A stretch of 64,000 nt of DNA from the NCBI GenBank assembly GCA_963674865.2, contig CAXXYE010000009.1, positions 1,888,001 through 1,952,000 of the forward strand. The letters are read 5' to 3'. A program made the position numbers and the translations under genes. The stretch comes from Candidatus Hydrogenedentota bacterium. GTDB lineage: Bacteria; Hydrogenedentota; Hydrogenedentia; Hydrogenedentales; SLHB01. This document shows positions 40,812-51,045 of the stretch, piece by piece. Positions within the stretch are counted from its first letter, which is position 1; each line of letters starts with the position of its first letter. The notes under the pieces were generated by a model. It did no database searches, had not been told where the DNA came from, and was given only the letters and a program-made list of their open reading frames with translations.

Positions 40812-43577
40812 ATGAAGTGGGGACTGGTGTTGCTGAGTTTGGTCGCGGCCTCAGCCGCGGCGGGGGATGTGTCCGCGGATTTCTATGTGTCAACCGCCGG
40901 GAATGATGCGTGGTCGGGCACGCTGTACGTACCTAACACCGGCGGTACGGATGGCCCCTTCGCCACGTTGGCACGTGCCCGCGACGCTGTTCGCGACCTC
41001 GTGCAGGCGGGACTCGACCACTCTGTGAGCGTTCTTGTCCGGGAGGGGACTTACTACGTCCCTGAAACGCTGGAACTGGGCTCTGGGGATTCGGGCACGG
41101 CCGACTACGCCATCACTTACGGGGCCTACGCGGACGAGGAAGTGTGGATCATAGGCGGCGTTGTCCTGAGCGGGTGGCGGCCCTTCCGCGATGACATCTG
41201 GGTGGCCTCCATCCCCGAGGGTATCGAGCCGCAGCAGGTTTTCGAGAATGGCCGGCGCATGACGCTTGCTCGTGCGCCCAATCGAGGCTATTACCGCGTC
41301 GAGGAGGCCGATTCCGCCAACGATCACACGGAATTCACCTACGAAGACGGCGACTTGGCGCCGGAGAACTGGAACGTCGCGGGCTCGACGGTCTACATAT
41401 GGCCCACGTACGACTGGTCGAGCCATGAGGTATCCATCGAGGCCATTGACGCGGATAGCCGAACCATTCTCTTAGAGAGCAGAACCGGGGCCAAGCCGGG
41501 CAACCGGTATTTCGTTCAGAATGTCCTCGGCCTGCTCGATGAGCCTGGGGAGTGCCGGATCGATCGCGAGAGCCGGCTGGTCTACTGCCGGCCTCGCCAG
41601 GCGCCCGTTGAGGAGCAGGTGATGGTGGCCTCCGGCGCGTCGCCTTTGTTGGCCATCCGCGGCGCCGAAGGGCCCGTCAGGAATGTTCACTTCGAGAACT
41701 TGAACCTGAGTGTCGCTAACGGGCATGTGGTCCACATGGGCAACGTGGAAGATTGCTCGATCCGCGGTTGTCTCGTCGAGAACGGCCGGAGCGACGGCGT
41801 CGTTGTAACAGGGCACGCCGCGGGCGTAGCCATCTGCGATAACCTTGTCCGGTACCATGGGATGAACGGCGTGGATCTTTCGGGCCTTGGGCCCGGGCCG
41901 GCGGCGGACGGGCGCGAGTGGCAGGTGTCCATCGAGAACAATCACATTCATCACTGCGGACGCCTCTTCGGGCACGGCGCCGGCGTGGCCATCACTCAGA
42001 GCGGGCACAACCGTGTCGCCCAAAACGATATCCACCACATGAAGCGCTACGGAACGGCGCTCACGGGTGGATCCTGGGGAAACGCGACATGGGAGGAGCA
42101 CTGGGATCGCCTGCACGCGCGTAATAACGTTCTCGCGTACAATCACGTGCACCACGTGAACCTCGACACGCAGGACACCGGCGCCATGGAGTGCTTCCTC
42201 GCCGGGCGCTACAACGTATATGACCACAACCTTATCCATGACACGGGCAATGACAGGTTCAGTCTCCAGAGCGGCATCTACATTGATGACGCGAGCGATT
42301 ACTTCACCGTAACCAACAACGTCATCTACGGTGTTCACGGCTCGGGGGGCGATCAGTGCATCTTCGTGAAGGGCGTCGGGAACGTCATCAAGAACAACAT
42401 TCTCATTGTGGCGCCGGACAACACCGGCGCTATCCGCTCGTTCAGCATGGGCGGGCATTGCTACGAGCATGAGTACACGCAGAATATCATCTTCTTCGAG
42501 GGAAGCGCCGGGGCGATTTACGACTTCAACGACTGGATCGATACGCGCGTTACTGCTGCCGACCACAACCTCTTCTGGAAACCTACGGGCCCGCTGACGA
42601 TTCGGGGCGGCCCCGCGCGCAGCGGCAAGAGCAAGCTCGGCTTTGGCTCGCTCGACGCGTGGCAGGCGGTTTACGACGGCAAGTACGATCGGCACAGTGT
42701 CATCGCGGATCCGCTCTTCGTGAATGCTTCTGAACGGGACTACCGTCTCGCGAAGAAGTCGCCCGCGCGGAAGATAGGATTCGCGCCGATCGACACCATC
42801 GAGAAGGCGGGGCTCACGAACGCCTATCCGGAGCGTCTCCGCCGCTTTGACGAGGCCGGTGATGAGGGGGCTGAGGAGCTTGTCGCCAATTCCATCGGCA
42901 TGTGGCTGAAGCGCATCGAGCCGGGATCCTTCCTGATGGGTTCCGCGTCGGACAAGAGCGATGACGACGAGCAGCCCGTTCATGAGGTCACTATCTCGAA
43001 GCCTTACTACATCGGTGTTTACGAGGTCACGCAAGGGCAGTATGAGGATGTGATGGGTACGAATCCGTCCCGGTTCAAAGGCTCGCGCCGGCCCGTCGAG
43101 CAGGTTACGTGGGAAGACGCGTGCGCGTTCTGCCGCCGCCTGTCGAAGCGGGAAGGGGCCGAGTATCGACTGCCGACGGAGGCCGAATGGGAGTACGCCT
43201 GCCGGGCGGGCACGCAGACGGCGTATTCCTGGGGCGATGAGTTTGACGAGCGTCGTGCGTGGGCCAGTCCCAACAGCGATGAAACGACCCACAACATCGG
43301 CGGCAAGCGGCCGAATCCGTGGGGCCTTCACGATATGAGCGGGAACGTGTGGGAATGGTGCGATGGCTGGTATGCGCCCTATGATGACGAGCCTGCCATA
43401 GATCCCACGGGCCCGCGGAAGGGCACATATCGCGTGGTGCGCGGCGGCGATTGGGAGTTTGGTCCCCGGCGCTCGCGTTCCGCTCAGCGCTACTGGCAAG
43501 ATCCCGGATTTCTCTATGAGATGTGCTTCGGATTCCGCGTCGTCAGAGTAGAGCAGGCGGAATCCGGAAAGGACTGA
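40812..43577 (+). CDS. Secreted beta-helix (GH141-like) protein with C-terminal FGE-sulfatase (SUMF1) domain
   Basis: Signal peptide, GNDAWSG..GPFATL, beta-helix repeats, RLPTEAEWEYA, DMSGNVWEW, RGG..GFR. Confidence 0.85.
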   Translation: MKWGLVLLSLVAASAAAGDVSADFYVSTAGNDAWSGTLYVPNTGGTDGPFATLARARDAVRDLVQAGLDHSVSVLVREGTYYVPETLELGSGDSGTADYAITYGAYADEEVWIIGGVVLSGWRPFRDDIWVASIPEGIEPQQVFENGRRMTLARAPNRGYYRVEEADSANDHTEFTYEDGDLAPENWNVAGSTVYIWPTYDWSSHEVSIEAIDADSRTILLESRTGAKPGNRYFVQNVLGLLDEPGECRIDRESRLVYCRPRQAPVEEQVMVASGASPLLAIRGAEGPVRNVHFENLNLSVANGHVVHMGNVEDCSIRGCLVENGRSDGVVVTGHAAGVAICDNLVRYHGMNGVDLSGLGPGPAADGREWQVSIENNHIHHCGRLFGHGAGVAITQSGHNRVAQNDIHHMKRYGTALTGGSWGNATWEEHWDRLHARNNVLAYNHVHHVNLDTQDTGAMECFLAGRYNVYDHNLIHDTGNDRFSLQSGIYIDDASDYFTVTNNVIYGVHGSGGDQCIFVKGVGNVIKNNILIVAPDNTGAIRSFSMGGHCYEHEYTQNIIFFEGSAGAIYDFNDWIDTRVTAADHNLFWKPTGPLTIRGGPARSGKSKLGFGSLDAWQAVYDGKYDRHSVIADPLFVNASERDYRLAKKSPARKIGFAPIDTIEKAGLTNAYPERLRRFDEAGDEGAEELVANSIGMWLKRIEPGSFLMGSASDKSDDDEQPVHEVTISKPYYIGVYEVTQGQYEDVMGTNPSRFKGSRRPVEQVTWEDACAFCRRLSKREGAEYRLPTEAEWEYACRAGTQTAYSWGDEFDERRAWASPNSDETTHNIGGKRPNPWGLHDMSGNVWEWCDGWYAPYDDEPAIDPTGPRKGTYRVVRGGDWEFGPRRSRSAQRYWQDPGFLYEMCFGFRVVRVEQAESGKD

Positions 43578-43667
43578 AACCACGAACCACAGAAGATCCT
43601 CGTGGCTTTGTGTGCTTTGTATCGCGTTGCACGGCAACTCGTCCAACTCCACACGCTGCGGGCTTTT

Positions 43668-43750
43668 TCTCCGCGCTACTCCGCGCTCTCGGCGGCTCTG
43701 CGATCAGCATTCTTCAACGCAGAGATGCAGAGGCCGCAAAGGAACGCAGG
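43668..43750. repeat. Imperfect ctctgcg/cgcagag palindromic intergenic element between convergent genes
   Basis: ctccgcgctactccgcgctctcggcggctctgcg facing cgcagagatgcagaggccgcaaaggaacgcagg. Confidence 0.4.
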
Positions 43751-43801
43751 GAGTTTTCTTTCTTATCAGCAGGTTCCTAACGTCACGAAGACAAAGCACT
43801 G

Positions 43802-45221
43802 TCAGGTTTCTTCGTCTTCGTGGTGCGTCCGGGCGAGGTGGTCTTTGATAAGGCTGGTGAGGCGGTTCTGGATGGCCGGGTGTTGGGGATGCCCGTACAG
43901 GTTGGTGAGTTCGTGTGGATCGGCGTGCAGGTTGAAGAGGGCGCCGTCGGTGGGGTGAAGTGACGGCCCCGGTTCGGCGGGAAAACACAGGGACAGTTTC
44001 CATCGGCCATCGCGCACCATGACGAGGCGGTCGTCGGGACGCATCTTGAAAGAACCGAGGGTGAACTCGCTGAAGACGGGGGAACTCGGCGGCTCGGCGC
44101 CGCTTCGCAGTGCCGCTCCCAGGCCGCCGCCGCGAAGGTCTTCCGGAACAGGCAGGCCCGTCAGCGACAGCAGCGTGGGGAGGAGGCTGCGCGTTTCGAC
44201 AGGCGTCTCGACGGATACGCCGGCGGGAACGTTTTCTGGATACCAGAAGATGTACGGTACCTGCACAACCGGGTCGTAGAAGGTTTGCTTTTGCACGAGG
44301 CCGTAGTCGCCGAGATGCGTGCCGTGATCGGAGAGGAAGACGACAATGGTGTTGTCAAGCAGGCCGCGGCCGCGCATCCAATCGAGGAGTTGCCCTACCT
44401 GGCTGTCGAGAAATGCGACCTCGCCGTAGTAGTAGCGGCGCATATCGCGAATCTGCTCGGGCGTCAGGCGCCGCGCGTCGGAGGCGGTGCGCAGCGTATC
44501 GGCGATCCATTCGGGCTGGCCGGGCAGCGCCTCTTCCGTGTCGGGTGGTAGGGCGATGGCATCGGGATCGATGAGCGTGTCGTAGGGGGCGGGCGGCACG
44601 ACGGGCGTATGGGGCGCGTTGAATGAAACGCGTAGGAAGAAGGGCGCGCTCTCATCCCGGGTCTCGAGCCAAGCCGTGGCCTCACGAATGGCGCGGGCCT
44701 CCGAAGTGTGTTCGGGGCCAAGGGGAAAGCGGCCGCCAAAGATCCAAGGATAGGGTGCGGCCGGATAATGCACAACGCCGTAATTGGCCGGGTCGAAAGC
44801 GTCGGCGTAGGCGTAATACGTGACGGCTTCAGAGAGTTCGAAGTGATTCTCGATCTGAAAGGCGTTGTTCGCGGCGCAGTAGTGGCGTTTGCCGAAGCTC
44901 GCGCTTGCGTAGCCGGCCTCGTGGAAGTGCTGCGTCAAATGCTCGAGCACGGGGGAAGTTCTCGCGGAGATTCCACCAGACACCGATCTCGTTCGGATAG
45001 CGGCCGGTGATTATCGAGGCGCGCGCGGGGCCGCACACCGGGGCGGGGGTGATGGCGTGCTTGAAGAGGACGCCTTCCCGGGCGAGGAGATCGAGATTGG
45101 GTGAATGCGCCCAGGGGCTGCCGTAGCATCCCAGGGCGTCGGTGCGCAGTTCGTCGGACATGAGCCAGAGTATGTTCGGGCGCTTCCGGTTTGCCTTGTG
45201 CTCAACGTCTCGGGCAGCCAT
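43802..45221 (-). pseudogene. Sulfatase with a single-base frameshift
   Basis: N-terminal PNILWLMSDE..CGPAR and C-terminal GKRH..PH..SDHG lie in different frames; removing one G from GGGGG (44951-44955) joins them as NFPVLEHL. Confidence 0.8.
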
Positions 45222-45288
45222 GTTTGGCCTCATCCATTGGCTTCAGTCGTGCTGATTGTATCCTATTCCTGCGAAAAGCTGGGACAGA

Positions 45289-45439
45289 GGAGCCGCCGAA
45301 AAAGTCCAGAGTTGCTGCACGCAGGCCGCGAAAGGACCTGGGACAGTCCCGTCTTCGTCCGCCTGCGGCGGACTCCGCTTGGGACAGTCCCGGTCTTTCG
45401 CTCAACCTCTGGGGCGAATGCGACTTTTCCAACAGCTCC
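45289..45439. mobile_element. 151-bp MITE-like element, copy 2
   Basis: Same length, IRs and ACAGA flanks (45284-88, 45440-44) as 20872-21022. Confidence 0.7.
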
Positions 45440-45522
45440 ACAGACACGTCTCCGTCCGCCTGAGGCGAACTTCGCTTGTGTCAGTCCCCGTTTTCCGCTT
45501 ATTTGCGGCCTCTCTTGGTTTG

Positions 45523-46830
45523 CTATGAGCCGCATCCCTGGCTTTCGGACTTCGCAAGTTCCGCTGAGCGATCTGCGACGCTGCGCAATGCGTCCAGCAC
45601 CATTTCGGCCGCGCCTGTGATGGGGTCGCTGAGCATCGGCAAGAACACGGTGTGTTTGGCGGCGTGCTCGGCGTTGGGGAAGTCGCCTGGCTGGTAGCCG
45701 GTGTATCCTTCCGACGCGCACAAGGGCCCGCGGTTGCGCGTAAATACGTCGAAGCCTTTGGCGAACAGCGGGAGATCATGCAGGTTAGGATACGGCTGGT
45801 TGCTGACTTTGAGTCCCATCTCGTTGAGGGCGCCGCAGAATCCGTCGCAGGATAGGCCGTTCAACTCTTCGGGTCCGTAGACGGCGGGAAAGCCGTAGAA
45901 TCCGGCCCGCTCGGCACCGTCGTAGACTTTGACGGGCCGCAGTCCGGGGACGTCGGCCAATCCGGCCTCGACCTCGGCGATGTAGGCCGCGCGGCGCGCG
46001 TTGAGTTCGGGCAGTTTCTCGAGCTGTACTTTGGCGATGCCGATGCCGAGGGGGTGGGCGCGAAACTTCATGCCAAGGCCAAGCGGCTGATGCTCCTCAT
46101 AGCGCGCGCCGACGAGGTCGATGCCTGCGATGCGGTTGACTTGGCCTACGAGGCAGGCCCGCTCGAACACGTCGATGTCGTCCGTGGCGACGACACCGCC
46201 TTCGCCTGCGCTGACGGGCTTCGATCCTTGCAGGCTCCAGCAGCCGACCTTACCAATGGAGCCGCACATGGCCCCTTTGTACTTGGCGCCGTGGGCGTGG
46301 GAGCAGTCTTCCAGCACCGGCACGTCGAACTTCTTGCCGATGGTGAGCAGGGCGTCGAGGTCGCACAGGTTTCCCCAGAGGTGTACCGCGCAGATGCAGG
46401 CGGTCTTGTCGGTGATCTTGGCGCGGACGTCGTCCGGGTCGATTTCGAGCGAGTTCGGGTCGATATCGCAGAAGACGGGCTTGGCGCCGAGGAGGACCGC
46501 CGGGGCAATGCTGCAAATCCACGTGTTGACGGGGCAGATGACCTCGTCGCCCGGGCCGACGCCGAGGCCGAAGTAGGCGCTGTAAAGGGCGGAAGTGCCG
46601 TTAAGCGTCGTGATTGAGAAGCGGGCGCCAATCCATTCGCGCCAGGCCTTCTCGAAGTCGCGGACGACGGGCGTGCCTCCGGACAGCTCGTTCCGCCGAG
46701 TCATGTCCGCCACTATGGCGATCTCTTCGTCGCCGACTTGGCTCCAGCGATCCAGTTCCGGCAACGCTGCGCCGCCGGTTTGCACAAATGTACGTGTCGG
46801 GACGAAGGGGTCTTGGTTGTCGGCCGTCAT
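45523..46830 (-). CDS. DegT/DnrJ/EryC1/StrS aminotransferase
   Basis: NGTSAL, EDCSHAHG, SLQGSK..GEGG. Confidence 0.9.
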   Translation of the reverse strand: MTADNQDPFVPTRTFVQTGGAALPELDRWSQVGDEEIAIVADMTRRNELSGGTPVVRDFEKAWREWIGARFSITTLNGTSALYSAYFGLGVGPGDEVICPVNTWICSIAPAVLLGAKPVFCDIDPNSLEIDPDDVRAKITDKTACICAVHLWGNLCDLDALLTIGKKFDVPVLEDCSHAHGAKYKGAMCGSIGKVGCWSLQGSKPVSAGEGGVVATDDIDVFERACLVGQVNRIAGIDLVGARYEEHQPLGLGMKFRAHPLGIGIAKVQLEKLPELNARRAAYIAEVEAGLADVPGLRPVKVYDGAERAGFYGFPAVYGPEELNGLSCDGFCGALNEMGLKVSNQPYPNLHDLPLFAKGFDVFTRNRGPLCASEGYTGYQPGDFPNAEHAAKHTVFLPMLSDPITGAAEMVLDALRSVADRSAELAKSESQGCGS

Positions 46831-47534
46831 GAATGCGTCTCCTCCGGGGCGGCGCCATCGATGTGAAAGATGGGCGCGCCTTTCGCTGCTTGTTTCTCGA
46901 TTGCCTTTCTGCCCGCGCGGACGTGCTCACGCATGAGTCGCTCCGCCTCATCGGTCAGGTTCTGCTCTATTGCCTTGAGTATCGCAAGATGCTCGTCGCG
47001 GATGGTCTTGAAGTCTCGGGCCACGCGGATAACGCGCTCGAACACGCGGTAGTTCTCGGAAAGCCGCTCGAGCATACCGTTGCCGGATATGCGGATGAGC
47101 CGATGATGCCACTGGCGATCCAACAGGCCCATTTCCTCGTGATCGCCCTCAATGGCCAGTTCATAGACACGCTCCGCCATCGCGGCCAGTTCCCGGAGAT
47201 CCGCCCGGGCGACGCGTTCGCAACACAAACGCGCCGCGAGTCCCTCGAGCATCTCGCGGACTTCGTAGGCCTGGATGAGTTTCTCGGCGTCCAGGCTGCT
47301 GACGAACACGCCGAAGTTGTCTACCGCCTCGACAAGGCCTACCGCCCGGAGTTCGAGGAGGGATTCGCGGATGACGCCTTGCGACACGCCGAAGATCCTC
47401 GCCAAGTGCACTTGCGAGAGCTTCGCGCCCGGTGCGAAAGCGCCGCTCAGGATCATCTCGCGTATCCCATCGCGGACGCGATGCCGTGCCACGGCGCCTG
47501 TCCCGGTGTTGGGCTGGCTACGCTTGTTGGCCAT
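46827..47534 (-). CDS. GntR family regulator (FCD domain)
   Basis: PGAKL..LARIFGVS..IRE, YEVREMLE, EHLAILKAI. Confidence 0.9.
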   Translation of the reverse strand: MANKRSQPNTGTGAVARHRVRDGIREMILSGAFAPGAKLSQVHLARIFGVSQGVIRESLLELRAVGLVEAVDNFGVFVSSLDAEKLIQAYEVREMLEGLAARLCCERVARADLRELAAMAERVYELAIEGDHEEMGLLDRQWHHRLIRISGNGMLERLSENYRVFERVIRVARDFKTIRDEHLAILKAIEQNLTDEAERLMREHVRAGRKAIEKQAAKGAPIFHIDGAAPEETHS

Positions 47535-47555
47535 AGTCTCGGCCCCTTCGGTGTG

Positions 47556-47587
47556 AATTATCGATAATTATTGATAACTATCGAGAG
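47556..47587. promoter_or_regulatory. Palindromic operator array upstream of gntR
   Basis: Perfect AATTATCGATAATT (47556-47569); related 10-mers at 47558, 47568, 47578. Confidence 0.55.
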
Positions 47588-50025
47588 TGTACGCCCTTTG
47601 TCCGGCGAAGCGCAACAACGGGAACAAGAGCCAATGCAGGGGGGCACTTCCCCGACGTGTGGACTGCCTCAGGCTCTCCGAGCGATTTCAGGCGGAGGAC
47701 GGCCTTGGCCGCTGGGTTGCCGGTAAATTCGCCGGACAAGGCCAGTTGGTGGTGGCCGGGGGACAGGTCGGGCGCGGGCCGGGGGAGTTCGATGGTATTG
47801 ATCTGTCGTCCATCGGAATCGTAGATGCGCACCGTTTCGGTTCCGTCGAATACGATGCGCTGCCCCGCGGCGATCTCGGCATCGATTTCCACCTGGATGT
47901 AGCCGTCTATCTCGATGCTGGGCTTGCTGAACGTGCCGCCGACGCCCTCAACGTCCAACTGGAACTGAAGCGGCTGTTTGCCGCCGGTTGTCAAGCACTC
48001 TCCTATGTCCGCGGTCGGTTCGCCGGGCTGCCGGATCTTCTTCTCGTATTCCAGGGCTTCGGATACGTGCACCGGGTACAGGCGCCATTGGCCGGGGGCG
48101 TCCTCTTCGAGATGGAATTCGCGGCTTGGGTCGCGGAGAACGACTTGCTGCTCATCGGAGAACGCGCCGCATCGGCGGGCCTCCTCCCAAACGCGGATGG
48201 CGTCGAGGATGGCCCCTGTCTGGGTGTTGGCGCGGATGCGGTCGATGTCCGTGGCGAGGGCGAATCCCGCGTTGTATCCGGCCCCGCGCGCGAGCATCCA
48301 CTCGATGTCGGCGAGGGTGGTTTCGGCAGTCATCGAGAACCAGCCCAGCATGTTGGGCATGAGGTTGCGCGTGAGCAGGGCCTGGTTGTTGAAGCGATAC
48401 TCGGCCATGCTCTCGCGAAAGCCGGCATACCACGGCTCGCCCCAGTTGACGGCGGTGTTGATGTGCCAATAGAAGGGCTTGCACATGCTGGAGCCGTTGA
48501 AGATGGGGCGTTCGAGATGCTCGTAGAAGACCTTGGCGAACATCTCCGTGGCGAAGTCGCCCTGGCCGCTCGACCAGCACCCCTCGTGGCCGTCAAAGTC
48601 CATGTGGCACATGCCGGTTTCGTTGAAGAGCCGGGCCAGGCGGACGGCGACCTCGTGCTGCATTTCGTAGCTGGTGAGGAACACCTTGTAGTCGTGGTCC
48701 ATGAGCTTGGCCACCTCGGCTCCCTGGGTGTGGGCGGCGGGCATCGTGCCGAAGGCGCCGCGCTGGCAGTCCAGGAGTCGCCAGGGAGGCGCATCCGACA
48801 CGGTACGGTAGCGGATCAATTCCTGGTCGATCATGACGGTGCGGAGCCAATTGGCCTCGGTATTGTTGAAGTATTCGGGCGAGGCGACGGGGATCTCGGC
48901 ATCCGTTGGGTTGATGTCCTCGACAAGCTCGCTGCTACCGGTTTTGGCCAGGCGAGGATCGGGCACGGGGGTGATGTAGGCGTCGTGGGTATGAATGAAG
49001 TTCGTGAGCACGTGGGCGCCGACGCGGATGCCACGTTGCCGCGCTTTCTCGACGCACCGCTTCATTCCCTCGACGCCGTTCGGGAAGAGCTTTTCGTAGA
49101 GTCCGAAATGGCCCCAGCTCTTGAACGGCCCCTCGTGGTACAGGCAGCCGAAATGGCCGCGCTCGGTGTAATCGAGCCACTCATCGACAGTGTCCTCGGC
49201 GAACGGGGCAATGAGATAGGAGCGGCCCGACTCGGGTGATTTCTTGGCCCAGATTCCGTCGAATTCGGGATGGGGGAGTCCTTCGGCGACCTCTATCTCA
49301 CCTATTCGGTCCAGTGCCTCTGCGGCGGAGCAGCCGAACAGGGCGATCTTCGATCCGAGCACCGTCTCGCCTTCGATAGGCGGCACGGGCATGTTGGGGA
49401 AGTTCTTGCCCCACACGGTGATATTGCGCGGTCTCGAGCGGTCGAGCGTATAGGCTTGCAAGACGCTGCCGTAGTCCGTTGCCTCCGCGGTTCGGCCGCG
49501 TGAGAACTCGACGCCCTCATCGTTCGGCCATGCCCCGCCGAGGGTTTTGACGTTCAGCCCCTGGATGCCGATGGCGAAGTCGTCGTCACGCACGACGCCG
49601 ATGATCTCGCCGACGGCGCCCTTGATCGAGGTGGGGATAGGCCCCCACTGAACGGCCTCGACCTCGGCCAATGGGTCGAGGGCCACCAAATCCAGAAGGA
49701 CGTATCCCGGCTTCACCGTGGTCTGTACGTGTGCTTCCACGCCCAGGTCGCCGTAGATCAAGCGCATTGTGCCGGCGTCCCAGCGCATCTCAGAAGGGTG
49801 CGCAAATTGCCCGTCGCACCGGACTTGAAGAATAGCCCCGGCGTCCTGTTGTGCGGCGTACTCGACGCCCCGCGCGCGGTCGAGCAGGCTGATGATCTGC
49901 CCGCGGCCGCCTATCACGAGGCGCAGGGCCTCTGTTTCCAATACGGCGTCGCCGGATCTGGCGGGGGACGTCGCCATCCGGGGCAGCATCATTGCGGTGT
50001 GAAGCGGAGGTAGCCAGTGAGCCAT
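47578..50025 (-). CDS. Large hypothetical protein, glycoside hydrolase-like
   Basis: Long GC3-biased ORF; FPNGVEGMKRCVEKARQRGIRVGAH and HMDFDG recall GH TIM barrels; family not determined. Confidence 0.6.
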   Translation of the reverse strand: MAHWLPPLHTAMMLPRMATSPARSGDAVLETEALRLVIGGRGQIISLLDRARGVEYAAQQDAGAILQVRCDGQFAHPSEMRWDAGTMRLIYGDLGVEAHVQTTVKPGYVLLDLVALDPLAEVEAVQWGPIPTSIKGAVGEIIGVVRDDDFAIGIQGLNVKTLGGAWPNDEGVEFSRGRTAEATDYGSVLQAYTLDRSRPRNITVWGKNFPNMPVPPIEGETVLGSKIALFGCSAAEALDRIGEIEVAEGLPHPEFDGIWAKKSPESGRSYLIAPFAEDTVDEWLDYTERGHFGCLYHEGPFKSWGHFGLYEKLFPNGVEGMKRCVEKARQRGIRVGAHVLTNFIHTHDAYITPVPDPRLAKTGSSELVEDINPTDAEIPVASPEYFNNTEANWLRTVMIDQELIRYRTVSDAPPWRLLDCQRGAFGTMPAAHTQGAEVAKLMDHDYKVFLTSYEMQHEVAVRLARLFNETGMCHMDFDGHEGCWSSGQGDFATEMFAKVFYEHLERPIFNGSSMCKPFYWHINTAVNWGEPWYAGFRESMAEYRFNNQALLTRNLMPNMLGWFSMTAETTLADIEWMLARGAGYNAGFALATDIDRIRANTQTGAILDAIRVWEEARRCGAFSDEQQVVLRDPSREFHLEEDAPGQWRLYPVHVSEALEYEKKIRQPGEPTADIGECLTTGGKQPLQFQLDVEGVGGTFSKPSIEIDGYIQVEIDAEIAAGQRIVFDGTETVRIYDSDGRQINTIELPRPAPDLSPGHHQLALSGEFTGNPAAKAVLRLKSLGEPEAVHTSGKCPPALALVPVVALRRTKGVHSR

Positions 50026-50299
50026 GGAAAGCACTCCCCACTAATGACAGGTGACAGGTTAACCTGCGGGACACTAGGTTATCCGGCAGTAGAAGGTCAA
50101 GAAGATGGATGGTCCTCGGGCGAACCGGGGGCACGTGCTTGTGGTGTATCGGCGCCTGAAAAGCGGAAAGCCAGAGTTCTTTCGTGAAATGGGGTTGACA
50201 AGAGAACACTAATTTGCAACACTATACATTATTTTGCATTATTCTCTGATTGGGATTCGGTATCGTTCTCACGTTCCTCTTGTGTCGGGATTATGAACC

Positions 50300-50884
50300 G
50301 TGGCAGCACATGACGACATCCTGTCGGTTGGGGAAGCGGCAGCTTTGCTGAAGCTTCATAGGGAGACGGTCCGCCGGCTCGCACGGGAGAGGAAGATACC
50401 GGCCTTCAAGGTGGGGGGCGCTTGGCGCTTCAGTGCCCGGGCGCTTATGGCTTCCGGCCCAAAGCGGGAGGAAGGTGCGGCACCGCGGGGCACGGTCCTC
50501 GTGGTGGATGACGATGAAGAAATCCGCAATCTTGTGGGCCGTCAGCTTACCGCGGCAGGTTTCGAGGCATTGGAGGCGGCGAATGGGGACGAGGCCGTCA
50601 CACATGTTGAACGAGAGCGGCCCGACATGGTCTTGCTGGACCTCGTCATGCCGGGCATGACGGGGCCGGAGGTACTTGGCGAAATCCGAGCGCGTTGGGG
50701 GCAGGTACCGGTAGTGGTGGTCACGGGATATCCGGACAGCGCCCTCGTATTCAGGGCGTTGGAGTATGGGCCAATCACCTTGCTGGCAAAGCCGATTGAT
50801 CTGACGCAACTGAGAGCCCTCGTAAAGGCCGTGCTTGTGGGCGAGGAAGACACCACGCCGCGGAAACATTCGGGAGGCGCGTGA
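50300..50884 (+). CDS. Excisionase-type HTH + response regulator receiver
   Basis: LSVGEAAALL..IPAFKVGGAWRF, then VVDDD, LLDLVMP, KP. Confidence 0.85.
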   Translation: MAAHDDILSVGEAAALLKLHRETVRRLARERKIPAFKVGGAWRFSARALMASGPKREEGAAPRGTVLVVDDDEEIRNLVGRQLTAAGFEALEAANGDEAVTHVERERPDMVLLDLVMPGMTGPEVLGEIRARWGQVPVVVVTGYPDSALVFRALEYGPITLLAKPIDLTQLRALVKAVLVGEEDTTPRKHSGGA

Positions 50885-51045
50885 TGCGCCGGCTGTATTT
50901 TGGCAAGAGGAAGGCCGTCAGGAATGGCGCCTTTACTGCGTATTGCGCCCAGCTCTTTTTTGTGGGCCACCGGATATAGTTCATTTCTGAAGGGAACGGG
51001 GCTCCCCTGGTGGGGCTGGAGCTCCCTGGAATGGAGGGGAATATC

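Noticed and set aside
50100..51040. c-di-GMP riboswitch upstream of the regulator or adhesin
   Set aside because: Hairpins exist but I could not match the conserved GEMM motif; an Rfam scan would decide.
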